A DNA stretch of 64,000 bases from an uncultured virus (IMG/VR IMGVR_UViG_3300025168_000061). Taxonomy: Duplodnaviria; Heunggongvirae; Uroviricota; Caudoviricetes. A program made the position numbers and the translations under genes. Positions within the stretch are counted from its first letter, which is position 1. Each line of letters begins with the position of its first letter. A model generated the notes under the pieces. It was given only the letters and a program-made list of their open reading frames with translations, was not told the origin of the DNA and did not search any database. The DNA is taken from the IMG/VR virus record IMGVR_UViG_3300025168_000061; one strand, given 5' to 3'. Shown here one piece after another: positions 55,482 to 64,000 of this stretch.

Positions 55482-56464
55482 TCTCCTTGTTTTAATAATT
55501 TTGTTATGTCATCCAATAATTCATTTACCATATCCGTTGAATATACTATTGCATATGAACCTGGGTTTTCATTATAATATTGGGCTGTTTCGTTTTTTGC
55601 GTTTGATAAAAGTGGTGATATAGAATTTATTTTTTCTTCTACATCCGTAAATATGTTAATTCTGTTTTGTTGGAAATCACTGTATTCAGTTAATTCCTCT
55701 TTTTCAAATAATTGTTTTACTATAGTACCTGCTCCTTTAATTTTTTTAGGTACAGGTTTAAAACCTAATTTATAATAATAAATATCCTTAGCTCCGGTTG
55801 AAGATTTATTTTTGTCAAATGCTCTTGGAGTTAGATAACCCATACCTTCACCTTCTTCAACTTCTTCTTCTTTTATAGAAAGTTCTTCTTCTAATGCAGA
55901 ACCAAAAATAGAATTAAAAGCCTTACTTAATTTAACAAGTTTGTTTTTTAGGTTTGAATAATCAAATTCTTCAGGTGCCATACTATAAAGAATATTACCC
56001 TGGGGTTTATTATGGTGTTTTGATAATTCTACTTCTAATCTTTCTATGTTATTTATAAGGTTATTAAGTGTCTTAAGGGTTAGATTTAAGGGTCTCTTAA
56101 CATTATTAACATCTAATTGTGTCCATTGCTCAGATTCTTTTACCATTCTGATCCTGTCATAGGCTTCAGGGTAATTCTTTCTAACATGGGTTCTGTATTG
56201 GTTAAATAGTTTTTTTACTTGGTCTGTAATTGAATCAATTGTTGAATCAGATTCTGCTTCACCTTCACTTTCTAATGTCCTTAGTAGTTTATTTAACTCA
56301 TTAAAAGTTTTATAAACAGTATCAAATGCGCCTACATTTATTATATCCCATGAAATCGCCCCAGTTACAGGGTTAATATCAGTTACTGTGGATTTGGTTC
56401 CGTCTTTGACTTTTATATCACCAACTTCAAATTCACTATTTTCTTTTAATTTAAATTTATACAT
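55478..56464 (-). CDS. Putative head core protein
   Basis: MYKFKLKE start, GYLTPRAF motif, position in the head module. Confidence 0.75.
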   Translation of the reverse strand: MYKFKLKENSEFEVGDIKVKDGTKSTVTDINPVTGAISWDIINVGAFDTVYKTFNELNKLLRTLESEGEAESDSTIDSITDQVKKLFNQYRTHVRKNYPEAYDRIRMVKESEQWTQLDVNNVKRPLNLTLKTLNNLINNIERLEVELSKHHNKPQGNILYSMAPEEFDYSNLKNKLVKLSKAFNSIFGSALEEELSIKEEEVEEGEGMGYLTPRAFDKNKSSTGAKDIYYYKLGFKPVPKKIKGAGTIVKQLFEKEELTEYSDFQQNRINIFTDVEEKINSISPLLSNAKNETAQYYNENPGSYAIVYSTDMVNELLDDITKLLKQGE

Positions 56465-57314
56465 GGGTAGTTTCTAATTCTTCAATTAAATCGTAATATT
56501 GTAACAAATTGATAAGATCGTTATCTTTAATTTTAGACGTTTTACCTATAACAGGAAGTATTTTAATTACTTCGTTTATTTTGATCTGTGTTGTTTTGTC
56601 TGGGATTGTGTTTGATAGCTCTGTTAGTGAGGTTTTAATTTCACCTACTTTAGTATTATAAAATTCCTTTAACTTTGGGGTATTGTCTATTGAGGTAATT
56701 AATTCCTTTAAAATTTCTTTTTGACTTTCAAGTAAATCCTCATACTTGTCATTGAACTTGTTTAATAAAACCCTAGTTGTTAAAATTCTTAAATCTTTAT
56801 CATATGATTTAAATTCTTCAAGCACTGTTTCCTTAACTTTATCTTTTTTAACTGAGGCAGCTGATAGGTGTTCTAAGATAGTTATTTTATTATCTATAAT
56901 TTGTTGTGTGTTTGATGGGTTTTCTTGGGAAAAACTTTCTATTAAAGTATAAAAAGCAGCTTGTATTTTATAGTGTGGTAAATTGTGGGAGAAAAATTTA
57001 GTAACATCGTAATGTTTTTTAATCTCACTAATTAAATTATATTTTTGTCTTTTAAGTGCTCGTCTATTAAAATTCTTAGAAGATTGCAACAAAGTTGATA
57101 ACGTTACATCAGCTTGGGTTTCAGTAATGCTAGTTTTCTTAAATAGAGTTTCATAGAGTTTATATTCTCTCCCTAATTCTGTTTTTACAAAATATTCTTT
57201 TAGAATACCACTTGCCTTAGAATCAGTACCATTTAATGTATCAGTAGTTATTTGTCTAACTAGTAGCTCAAAAAGAACCCCTGCGTTTTTGTACTTTGAA
57301 TGCTTAATGTTCAT
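56457..57314 (-). CDS. Head-module hypothetical protein
   Basis: KHSKYKNAGVLFELL start; follows the portal; TATTTATA at 57334-57341. Confidence 0.8.
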   Translation of the reverse strand: MNIKHSKYKNAGVLFELLVRQITTDTLNGTDSKASGILKEYFVKTELGREYKLYETLFKKTSITETQADVTLSTLLQSSKNFNRRALKRQKYNLISEIKKHYDVTKFFSHNLPHYKIQAAFYTLIESFSQENPSNTQQIIDNKITILEHLSAASVKKDKVKETVLEEFKSYDKDLRILTTRVLLNKFNDKYEDLLESQKEILKELITSIDNTPKLKEFYNTKVGEIKTSLTELSNTIPDKTTQIKINEVIKILPVIGKTSKIKDNDLINLLQYYDLIEELETTHV

Positions 57315-57353
57315 TCTCTAATGTTTAGTTTATTATAAATATATAAAAAAATC

Positions 57354-59246
57354 TTACTCTTTCAACTGTTTTTCATCAAGTAGGTCATTTTTCTTTTCAT
57401 CTTGCTCAAATACTAATTGCTTTTCAGTACGATGTGGTGAAGGTACTTTATCTAGCATATTTAAAGTTTCTAAAGCCAATGGAGATCTACCTTTATATGA
57501 TGGGTTAAGTCTACCATTATCATTATAATCTTTTTTTATTCCATCTTTACCTATTGGATCCTTCCCAAAAGCACTGTTTTGTGTATGTGATTTAGAATGT
57601 TTTTCTTTTGGTCTTCCTAATGGGGTTTTCTCATCATACCCATCTGGAACATTACTTGGGTCTGATTGTGTTCTACCTACTCCATATAAAGATGCTAAAT
57701 CATGTGGTGTACCATAAGATTTACCTGTTTCTTGTGGATCATTACCTTCAGCTTCTATTTGAGTTAATCTAAAGTTACGTTTAGTATCTTGCTTAATTAA
57801 ATCTCTATATTCATCGTATTGATCTTCACTAAAGTGGAATATGTTTTCATAAATCCAATCAGATGGAATCAATTTACTATCTAACATTGATTGTGCCAAT
57901 GTGATCTTATCGGTCATTAATGCTACTCTTTCTTGATCGTATATGATTGATGGAGTAGTCAAAGACAAATCAAAGTTTGTTAAATTTTCATCTTTATAAC
58001 CCAAAGTATACAAATGAACTAATGCTATCTTCTGTAGTTCAGATACCATAATTCTTTGAATTCTTTCTATCGTTCTAGCAAATCTAATATCTTGTGCCGC
58101 TAGTGTAGCTTTACCTTCTGTATCTGCATCATACCCCATAAACGCTTTAGGGACTTTAAGTGCCGCAAATAACTTATCTCTTAAATATTCTACATCAGCT
58201 ATACCATCGTATTGTAATCCGGGGGTAGTATCTATTTTTGTTGCTGTGTCATTTCCTCTAACAGGTATGTAAAAATCTTCAAGCATGTTTTGCATGTTGT
58301 ATTTAAGATTATACTCTCCGGTTTGTGGATCTGTAAAAGGTGTACGTTTCATTTTAGAAATAGTCTTCTGCATAAAGTTTTCTACTTCAGCAGGAGGAAT
58401 GTTACCTACGTTCATGTAAAATATGCGCTTTTCAGGCGCTCTAACTATTCTATGTATCAACATTGCGTCTTCCATTAGAACGTACTGTTTAAACAGTTTA
58501 CGTGCTGGTTCTATATATGATCTGCCATATGGAAGGAAATTAGTATCAGTTAATAATCTAAAATGAGCCATTTCATAATTATCAAATAGAATGGCATTAT
58601 CACTTACATCATTTGAGTTAGGAACATTATAGTAACCATAACCCCCTGTTGATAAACCATTAGGGTCAAATTGGAATTGGATATCTGCAGGTTTATCAGG
58701 ATCTCCACCTTCTATTCTTTCAATATGAAATGCATTATAAGGTATAACATTATAAACACCAAATTTTTCTGCTATTTCTAATTTAAGGAAAAAATCCCCA
58801 TATTTACACATATTTCTAACCCAAGGCCATAGGTTAAATTCTATGTTTAATACATCATAAAATAAATTGTATAATATTTTTTGGACATTTTCATCTGAAC
58901 TTCTAATTTGAAGTACTTCACCCATGTCATTTTTAAGTGTAGACTCATCTGCTATAATATCTAAGGCAGAAGCTATAATAGCATCTGTATCCATAGAATC
59001 ATATTCTGAATATAGTTGGGGTCTTAATGTTTGGTAATTGTAATTACTTTGAGAGCCGTATAGTGATGTAGGTGATGTTGAGTATAATCTATTGAACCTA
59101 TCTACTAGTGAGTTGTTTTCATACTCACCGGATTGTTGGATTTTATTTATATCAACAACTTTTAATTGGTCTCCACCTTGATTACGTATTATAACATCTG
59201 TTGAGAATAACCTTTTTAACCTTGAAAATAATCTTGTATCTGCCAT
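57354..59246 (-). CDS. Portal protein (gp20-like)
   Basis: LMEDAMLIHRI.RAPEKRIFY..VGNIP, MLEDFYIP.RG, ALKVPK, DIRF; TATTTATA at 59260-59267. Confidence 0.96.
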   Translation of the reverse strand: MADTRLFSRLKRLFSTDVIIRNQGGDQLKVVDINKIQQSGEYENNSLVDRFNRLYSTSPTSLYGSQSNYNYQTLRPQLYSEYDSMDTDAIIASALDIIADESTLKNDMGEVLQIRSSDENVQKILYNLFYDVLNIEFNLWPWVRNMCKYGDFFLKLEIAEKFGVYNVIPYNAFHIERIEGGDPDKPADIQFQFDPNGLSTGGYGYYNVPNSNDVSDNAILFDNYEMAHFRLLTDTNFLPYGRSYIEPARKLFKQYVLMEDAMLIHRIVRAPEKRIFYMNVGNIPPAEVENFMQKTISKMKRTPFTDPQTGEYNLKYNMQNMLEDFYIPVRGNDTATKIDTTPGLQYDGIADVEYLRDKLFAALKVPKAFMGYDADTEGKATLAAQDIRFARTIERIQRIMVSELQKIALVHLYTLGYKDENLTNFDLSLTTPSIIYDQERVALMTDKITLAQSMLDSKLIPSDWIYENIFHFSEDQYDEYRDLIKQDTKRNFRLTQIEAEGNDPQETGKSYGTPHDLASLYGVGRTQSDPSNVPDGYDEKTPLGRPKEKHSKSHTQNSAFGKDPIGKDGIKKDYNDNGRLNPSYKGRSPLALETLNMLDKVPSPHRTEKQLVFEQDEKKNDLLDEKQLKE

Positions 59247-59267
59247 TTTATTGTATTATTATAAATA

Positions 59268-60842
59268 TTATAGAAGCCAACTAATGTCTTCTTCTCCACC
59301 TGAATATGGGTTATCTATTTTGAATGGGTTTTGGTTTGTTGTTGGAGAATATGCTCCTATATGTTTGGGTTTGTTTGATGTTATGTTATTTAACATATTT
59401 TTTGTTAAATCCATCCCATGTTGCTTATATTTAAATGCTGTATCTCTCATGTATTGCCCCATAGAGAAACTTAATACTAAATCATCGTTATAACCGGATT
59501 GGGCTTCTGGTTTTCCGTTTCTCCAAATAAAAGTTCTCATTTCTTCTAATAACCTTTTACTTTGGAATGTAACACCTTTATCAGATAGTGATTCTTGAAA
59601 TTTACTTATCACCATAGGCCTTGTCCTTGAAGACATTGTAAATCCAGGTGTCATTTTTGATGTATCCATATATTGTTCAAAATACGAATCAGCTCTCACT
59701 TCTCCACTCTTAGGTGAATAGTAAAGGTTAGTATATCCTCTGTCTATAACTGTTTGTATTGTTGCCCAACCTATACTATTATTTTCTATTACTAATAAAG
59801 CATTATTGTATTCCGTGGCTATACCTACTAGTAAATGTCCATATTCTTTTGTGCCTAATTGTCCTCTATATTCTGCTACTTGAACATTGTTTTCCACATC
59901 AATGATATGGAACGCAGAATGATCTTTCCCATCTCCACGAGCGACATCAGCAACCACCATATAATCTCTGGAATAGTCACATGGTTCCCAAACCCATAAA
60001 TTGCGATCAGTTCCCCTACGTTCCAGAGGTTCTTTAATGTAGGTTTTTTCATAAAATTCTATATATTCAGGATAAAATACTACATCACCCGATGTGCTAA
60101 AATCACAGTCACATTCTTGTGCCGCCATTCTAGGGTCGCCTAGTAATTCATCTTGTCTTTTTCTCCATGTTTCATCTCTTTCGGGATGAACAAACCATGG
60201 AAGTTTAATTGGAAGGAAATCGTTTTCTTTATTTTCTGCTCTTACCCATGTTTGATGGAACCAATTCCCGGTACCATAAGGAGTAGATAAAGCAATACAA
60301 CCACCACCTGTAGCTAGGGTTTGTTGAGCTGATGCCCATATTTCACCTATATTTTCAATGAAGGCAGCCTCATCGATTAGTAGTAAAGATACTGCTTCGG
60401 ATCTACCTGCATCACTTGATGCGGATGTTGCTTTAATTTGAGATCCGTTAATTAATCGTAATGTAAGTTTGTTGTTTTCAGGGGCATCTATTTTAAGCCA
60501 TGAAGGTAAATTTTCATACATGAATTTTACCTTGGTGACCATATTTTTGGCTGTCTCCTGCTTAGTTGCTATACAAAGTATATTTTTATCCTTATGAAAT
60601 AACATTAACCATAGAGAATAACCGGCACCCAGAGTAGATATACCTAATTGTCTAGATTTTAAAACAATGGAATAGGGGTTTTCTTGAAATAAGGATAATA
60701 CTTTTTCCTGGAAGGGGTATAATGCAAATTGAATTCTACCTCTTTGGGGGTGTTGAATAAAACAGTATTTTTTCATAAAATGTACAGGGTCGCTAGCACA
60801 TTTTAAGTATTCTTGTTTTATAACTTTTTTTATATCACTCAT
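59268..60842 (-). CDS. terL: Terminase large subunit (gp17-like)
   Basis: LYPFQ, KSRQLGIST, LLIDEAAF, LSTPYG, ADVARG, DDLV. Confidence 0.97.
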   Translation of the reverse strand: MSDIKKVIKQEYLKCASDPVHFMKKYCFIQHPQRGRIQFALYPFQEKVLSLFQENPYSIVLKSRQLGISTLGAGYSLWLMLFHKDKNILCIATKQETAKNMVTKVKFMYENLPSWLKIDAPENNKLTLRLINGSQIKATSASSDAGRSEAVSLLLIDEAAFIENIGEIWASAQQTLATGGGCIALSTPYGTGNWFHQTWVRAENKENDFLPIKLPWFVHPERDETWRKRQDELLGDPRMAAQECDCDFSTSGDVVFYPEYIEFYEKTYIKEPLERRGTDRNLWVWEPCDYSRDYMVVADVARGDGKDHSAFHIIDVENNVQVAEYRGQLGTKEYGHLLVGIATEYNNALLVIENNSIGWATIQTVIDRGYTNLYYSPKSGEVRADSYFEQYMDTSKMTPGFTMSSRTRPMVISKFQESLSDKGVTFQSKRLLEEMRTFIWRNGKPEAQSGYNDDLVLSFSMGQYMRDTAFKYKQHGMDLTKNMLNNITSNKPKHIGAYSPTTNQNPFKIDNPYSGGEEDISWLL

Positions 60843-61301
60843 TTAGGTTAAAGATATTAGTGTAATTATAGGTAATAAAAGGGATCCTATAAAACCAACT
60901 ATTTTTAATCTTTTTTGTTTTTTTATTTCTTTTTCTTGTGTTTTAATAACTTTGTCTTTAAGCTCAATTTCTTTTTTATTGTTACTTAATATTTCTTCAA
61001 AATTATCAATCATAGACTGTTGATTGTCTGATTTGATAGAAAGCTTAATAAATATATCTTTTTGCATTTCTATTATCTCTTGACATAAACTATCTTTTTC
61101 TTTATAAGCAAGGAGGAGACTATCTGCTATTTCATACTCTAAAAGATCGATTAATATAATTCGAGCATCATCTAAATGCATTAAAATTAAAGTATCACCT
61201 TTAGTGTTAATTATTTCCCTTACCTCTCCTCTTGAGATAGTCTGAGATGTTATTTGTGACATCGTCGCTATCCATATTGTTAATAATATTAGGTATTTCA
61301 T
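60843..61301 (-). CDS. Signal peptide + coiled coil + C-terminal TM protein, spanin-like
   Basis: Topology; overlaps the upstream membrane gene by 95 nt in another frame. Confidence 0.55.
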   Translation of the reverse strand: MKYLILLTIWIATMSQITSQTISRGEVREIINTKGDTLILMHLDDARIILIDLLEYEIADSLLLAYKEKDSLCQEIIEMQKDIFIKLSIKSDNQQSMIDNFEEILSNNKKEIELKDKVIKTQEKEIKKQKRLKIVGFIGSLLLPIITLISLT

Positions 61302-61587
61302 TTCGTTTTTTTTCTAAAGCTGCTAGTTTAGTTTCTGTTTCTTTTAAGATAACTTCAGTACTATCTATAGCATATAGTATAATGTTGATTTCGTTTTGTA
61401 GTTTACTATTAGCTAAACTGAGACTATCGTTGGATAGTCTTAGTTTTTTGTTTTGTTTTTTTAATAGATTTATTTCATCCTTATAAGTATCAATTGGAGT
61501 TGATGGTTTGGATAATAGGCTTAAAATTAATGCAACTGCTAATATTATTATAAAAACTAATTGTATGTTATTAAAGAGCTTTTTCAA
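61207..61587 (-). CDS. N-terminal TM + coiled-coil protein, i-spanin-like
   Basis: Single TM segment followed by heptad repeats. Confidence 0.55.
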   Translation of the reverse strand: MKKLFNNIQLVFIIILAVALILSLLSKPSTPIDTYKDEINLLKKQNKKLRLSNDSLSLANSKLQNEINIILYAIDSTEVILKETETKLAALEKKRNEIPNIINNMDSDDVTNNISDYLKRRGKGNN

Positions 61588-62497
61588 GTTGTTTCTTTTC
61601 TTTAGTCATTTTCTTTAATTGCTCCACGTACTTTTCCATATCATTGGTAGCATTTGCTTTTTTTGCTCTTTTATAACTACCTGCTATGTCCTTCATTTTT
61701 TTAGTTAGCTTTTGAAGTTTATTTGAAGTTGTAGCTATTGAATCTTTTTTCTTTAATTCTGCTGATGTTGGTTCTTCTTCTTCTCTTAAATCTCCTTCAG
61801 CAAGTCTTAATTGATCACTACTATATTCTACTGTTTCATCTCCTATTTCTGGGAAATCAACATTTGCATTAAATTTGGTTCCATCTAGTTTTTCAACTCT
61901 ATAAGCCATTTTGTCAGACGCAAATAATTGTCTTACACCAACTACTCTTAGTTTATCACCTCCTCTTGTTAGGGTTACTATATCATCTAATTGGATTTCT
62001 TCTGATAATACAGATTTAATTTCTGCTTTGATTGCTTCTTTTAATTTAGATCTTTTATTTTTTCCAGCATCTGTCATTTCTTTCTTTTCTTCTCTAATAG
62101 AAATATCATCTAGTGCATCCATTGTATCTCCAAAACCTGGCATATCATACTTTGTATCTGATTTTCGTTGTTCTAAAGCTGCCATAATTGCATACACAGC
62201 ATCTTGTTCGCTATAATCATATCGTTTAGCAGTTCTTGCAATGTAACGATTTACATCTCTAAATACTTCAGGGTTTAATGATTCGTTTAGTCCTCTTTCT
62301 CTATCCATCATTCTTGAGACTTCGGCTGCTTGTAAAGCGTCTATGGCTCTACCCATTAAGTCTTTCTTTCTCTTATCAACATAGATATTTTGCATGTCTC
62401 TAAGAACTCTAAATGCTTCATCTGTAGTCATTAGACCTTCTGATAGAAGTGATTTTATTTTGCTTTTGATTGCTTCTTTGAGCGTGGATTTTTTCAT
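61571..62497 (-). CDS. Modular internal head protein candidate (probable start ATG 62497)
   Basis: MKKSTLKEAIKSKIKSLLSE is repeated internally as KRSKLKEAIKAEIKSVLSE; TATTTATT variant at 62512-62519. Confidence 0.75.
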   Translation of the reverse strand: MKKSTLKEAIKSKIKSLLSEGLMTTDEAFRVLRDMQNIYVDKRKKDLMGRAIDALQAAEVSRMMDRERGLNESLNPEVFRDVNRYIARTAKRYDYSEQDAVYAIMAALEQRKSDTKYDMPGFGDTMDALDDISIREEKKEMTDAGKNKRSKLKEAIKAEIKSVLSEEIQLDDIVTLTRGGDKLRVVGVRQLFASDKMAYRVEKLDGTKFNANVDFPEIGDETVEYSSDQLRLAEGDLREEEEPTSAELKKKDSIATTSNKLQKLTKKMKDIAGSYKRAKKANATNDMEKYVEQLKKMTKEKKQLEKAL

Positions 62498-62519
62498 TGG
62501 AATGTTTTTGTAATAAATA

Positions 62520-63050
62520 TTAAACACTTAGTGCCTCTCGCACTAACTTAACACGCTCCTCATTACTGCCCTTAATTTCTACCAGATTTTTAATTCTATG
62601 GTTGTACTTATTAATAAAGCTTTTAATTGATGAATCAACTAAATCCCTATATTCCGCATCTGTTTCTCTAACCCCATTGTTTTCTATTTCAACTCCCTCA
62701 GGGGAAACATAGAATATATAATCATAATCTGATATTAGATTAGATGCATGTTGTGTAAAGTCATCAGCATGAATATAAGATATTGTTTTAGCTAAATTTG
62801 TAAATGCTATAACATCTATAATAGTTCTATCCGTTATAACGTTTTCATTCATTAATTCAGCTGCTCTTTCAGCTAAAAACACTGTTTGACCCTTAATGGT
62901 AGAATCTGTGTTTAATGGAATACCTAAATCTCTTAAGTATTTGGATCGTTCTGTTTTGAACTCATATTCTTTGAACTCAGGGAGTTCCTTTAGTGTATTT
63001 ACAAGTGTTGTTTTACCAACACTCATTGTACCACAAAAACCTATCTTCAT
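62520..63050 (-). CDS. P-loop nucleotide kinase (AAA_28 / NadR-like)
   Basis: GTMSVGKTT, ITDRT.ID, YDYIFY, NGVRE. Confidence 0.85.
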   Translation of the reverse strand: MKIGFCGTMSVGKTTLVNTLKELPEFKEYEFKTERSKYLRDLGIPLNTDSTIKGQTVFLAERAAELMNENVITDRTIIDVIAFTNLAKTISYIHADDFTQHASNLISDYDYIFYVSPEGVEIENNGVRETDAEYRDLVDSSIKSFINKYNHRIKNLVEIKGSNEERVKLVREALSV

Positions 63051-63056
63051 AATTAT

Positions 63057-63085
63057 AATATAATAAAATTGTTTAACGTATCAAA
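63057..63085 (-). promoter_or_regulatory. TTTG-N19-TATATT promoter (kinase), 6 nt from the ATG
   Basis: TTTGATACGTTAAACAATTTTATTATATT. Confidence 0.65.
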
Positions 63086-63356
63086 ATCTAGCTACAGCTT
63101 TCATTGATGGATTTTTATACCAAGGTAAACCTTCTTTACTTTGTTGAAATTCATTAAACTCATCATAAGTTTTTTCAATTCCATGGAAGTAATATTGTTT
63201 TGGAATACTTCTATCTTCTGGGTCAACTGGTTCAATTGCAGGACCTTCTGAATTGTGGTGTTTCCAATTGTCACTAGCGTTTCCTCTAAATAAATGGTGA
63301 AAAGCACCCTTTACTTTAATTTTCTTGTACTCGTAAAATTTCTCTTTCTTGCTCAT
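63081..63356 (-). CDS. Hypothetical protein (91 aa)
   Basis: H...GPA...YY.HG motif; overlaps the oxidoreductase end. Confidence 0.75.
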   Translation of the reverse strand: MSKKEKFYEYKKIKVKGAFHHLFRGNASDNWKHHNSEGPAIEPVDPEDRSIPKQYYFHGIEKTYDEFNEFQQSKEGLPWYKNPSMKAVARF

Positions 63357-64000
63357 TTTCGTTTTGTTTTAGTAAATTTTCTGCTACATATGTTCCTTGT
63401 GCTCCTGATACTGTTATACCTCTTGCTGATAATGCATCTCCAACAAAGTGAACATTGTCATATTTGGTTAAAGATAAATTATCGTAGTTAACTAATGGTT
63501 CTGGGGATAGATATTTTACTTCTGGCATGTAAATACCCCAATCTTTACCTAATGTTGGGAATACTTTTTCCATATCTTCAATAAAGTCTTCTATATACAA
63601 AGCATAATCACCTAAAGCATCATGTAGTGAATCCATACTGTTAACTATTTCTGTTTTAACATAATCGCCTTCAGATGTTTTAGATGGTACTCTGTTTGAG
63701 TTAGGTGAATAAAATGTTCCTTTACCATCAATTTGTAATTTTTTAACTGCTTCTCTTGACCAATCAAATGGTTTATCGATACCTCTAATTTCCATTAGTA
63801 TACCAAAATTAGTCATATCATTACGAAATGCTTCATCTTTTTTAGCATGACCATTGTAGCTGTAATCTCCGTAGGTATGCTCTGCTGCTACATAAGCTGC
63901 ATTGTTGTTTGTACAAAATGATCTTAATGAAACACCTTTATCTTCAAATTTTCTATATAATTTAAAATCATAACTAATATCAATTAATTTTTGAAAGTGG
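63316..64000 (-). CDS. FAD-dependent oxidoreductase (COG2509-like), 3' part; starts outside the window
   Basis: Frame open to the edge: RSFCTN...NGH, TNFGIL, PEVKY, VGDA...RGI..SG..G. Confidence 0.85.
   Translation of the reverse strand, partial: HFQKLIDISYDFKLYRKFEDKGVSLRSFCTNNNAAYVAAEHTYGDYSYNGHAKKDEAFRNDMTNFGILMEIRGIDKPFDWSREAVKKLQIDGKGTFYSPNSNRVPSKTSEGDYVKTEIVNSMDSLHDALGDYALYIEDFIEDMEKVFPTLGKDWGIYMPEVKYLSPEPLVNYDNLSLTKYDNVHFVGDALSARGITVSGAQGTYVAENLLKQNENEQEREILRVQEN

Noticed and set aside
441..63491. Plus-strand ORFs and short nested minus-strand ORFs in the ORF track
   Set aside because: They are shadows of well-supported minus-strand genes and have no recognisable motifs. The exception is 26666-26872, which is the polA duplicate.
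1..64000. Stop-codon reassignment
   Set aside because: Core genes are full length under the standard code, and TAA, TAG and TGA all end genes at sensible positions.

Overview
An AT-rich, gene-dense 64-kb segment of a large T4-superfamily myovirus. All credible genes are on the minus strand. In transcription order (right to left): FAD oxidoreductase (partial), kinase, spanin-like pair, terminase, portal, internal head proteins, prohead protease, scaffold, major capsid, neck, fibres, sheath, tube, tail chaperone, tape measure and baseplate. These are followed by a compact family-A polymerase with an HNH insertion, SSB, UvsX/RecA, 5'-3' exonuclease, helicase, NrdB/NrdA, amidase and holin. Next is a 7-deazaguanine cluster (TGT/DpdA-like gene, queC, queD, tRNA-Ala, queE, PRTase, folE, MazG-like), then a split family-B polymerase, clamp, Hsp20, GroES, GroEL and clamp loader. 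TTTG-N19/20-TATATT promoters and the lack of Shine-Dalgarno sites point to a Bacteroidota host (inference). The most interesting signals are: (1) head polyproteins whose cargo modules are bounded by repeated protease-site peptides, one pair being an exact 42-bp DNA repeat; (2) a possible nucleotide-level deazaguanine pathway; (3) a duplicated polA 3' end around an HNH gene; (4) an autonomous operon of three paralogous coiled-coil proteins, flanked by partners carrying only one terminal motif; (5) a late promoter motif that is the reverse complement of T4's; (6) a 15-bp inverted repeat enclosing hsp20; (7) an unannotated +1/-2 tail-chaperone frameshift. All product calls come from motif recognition by eye; no database search was run.
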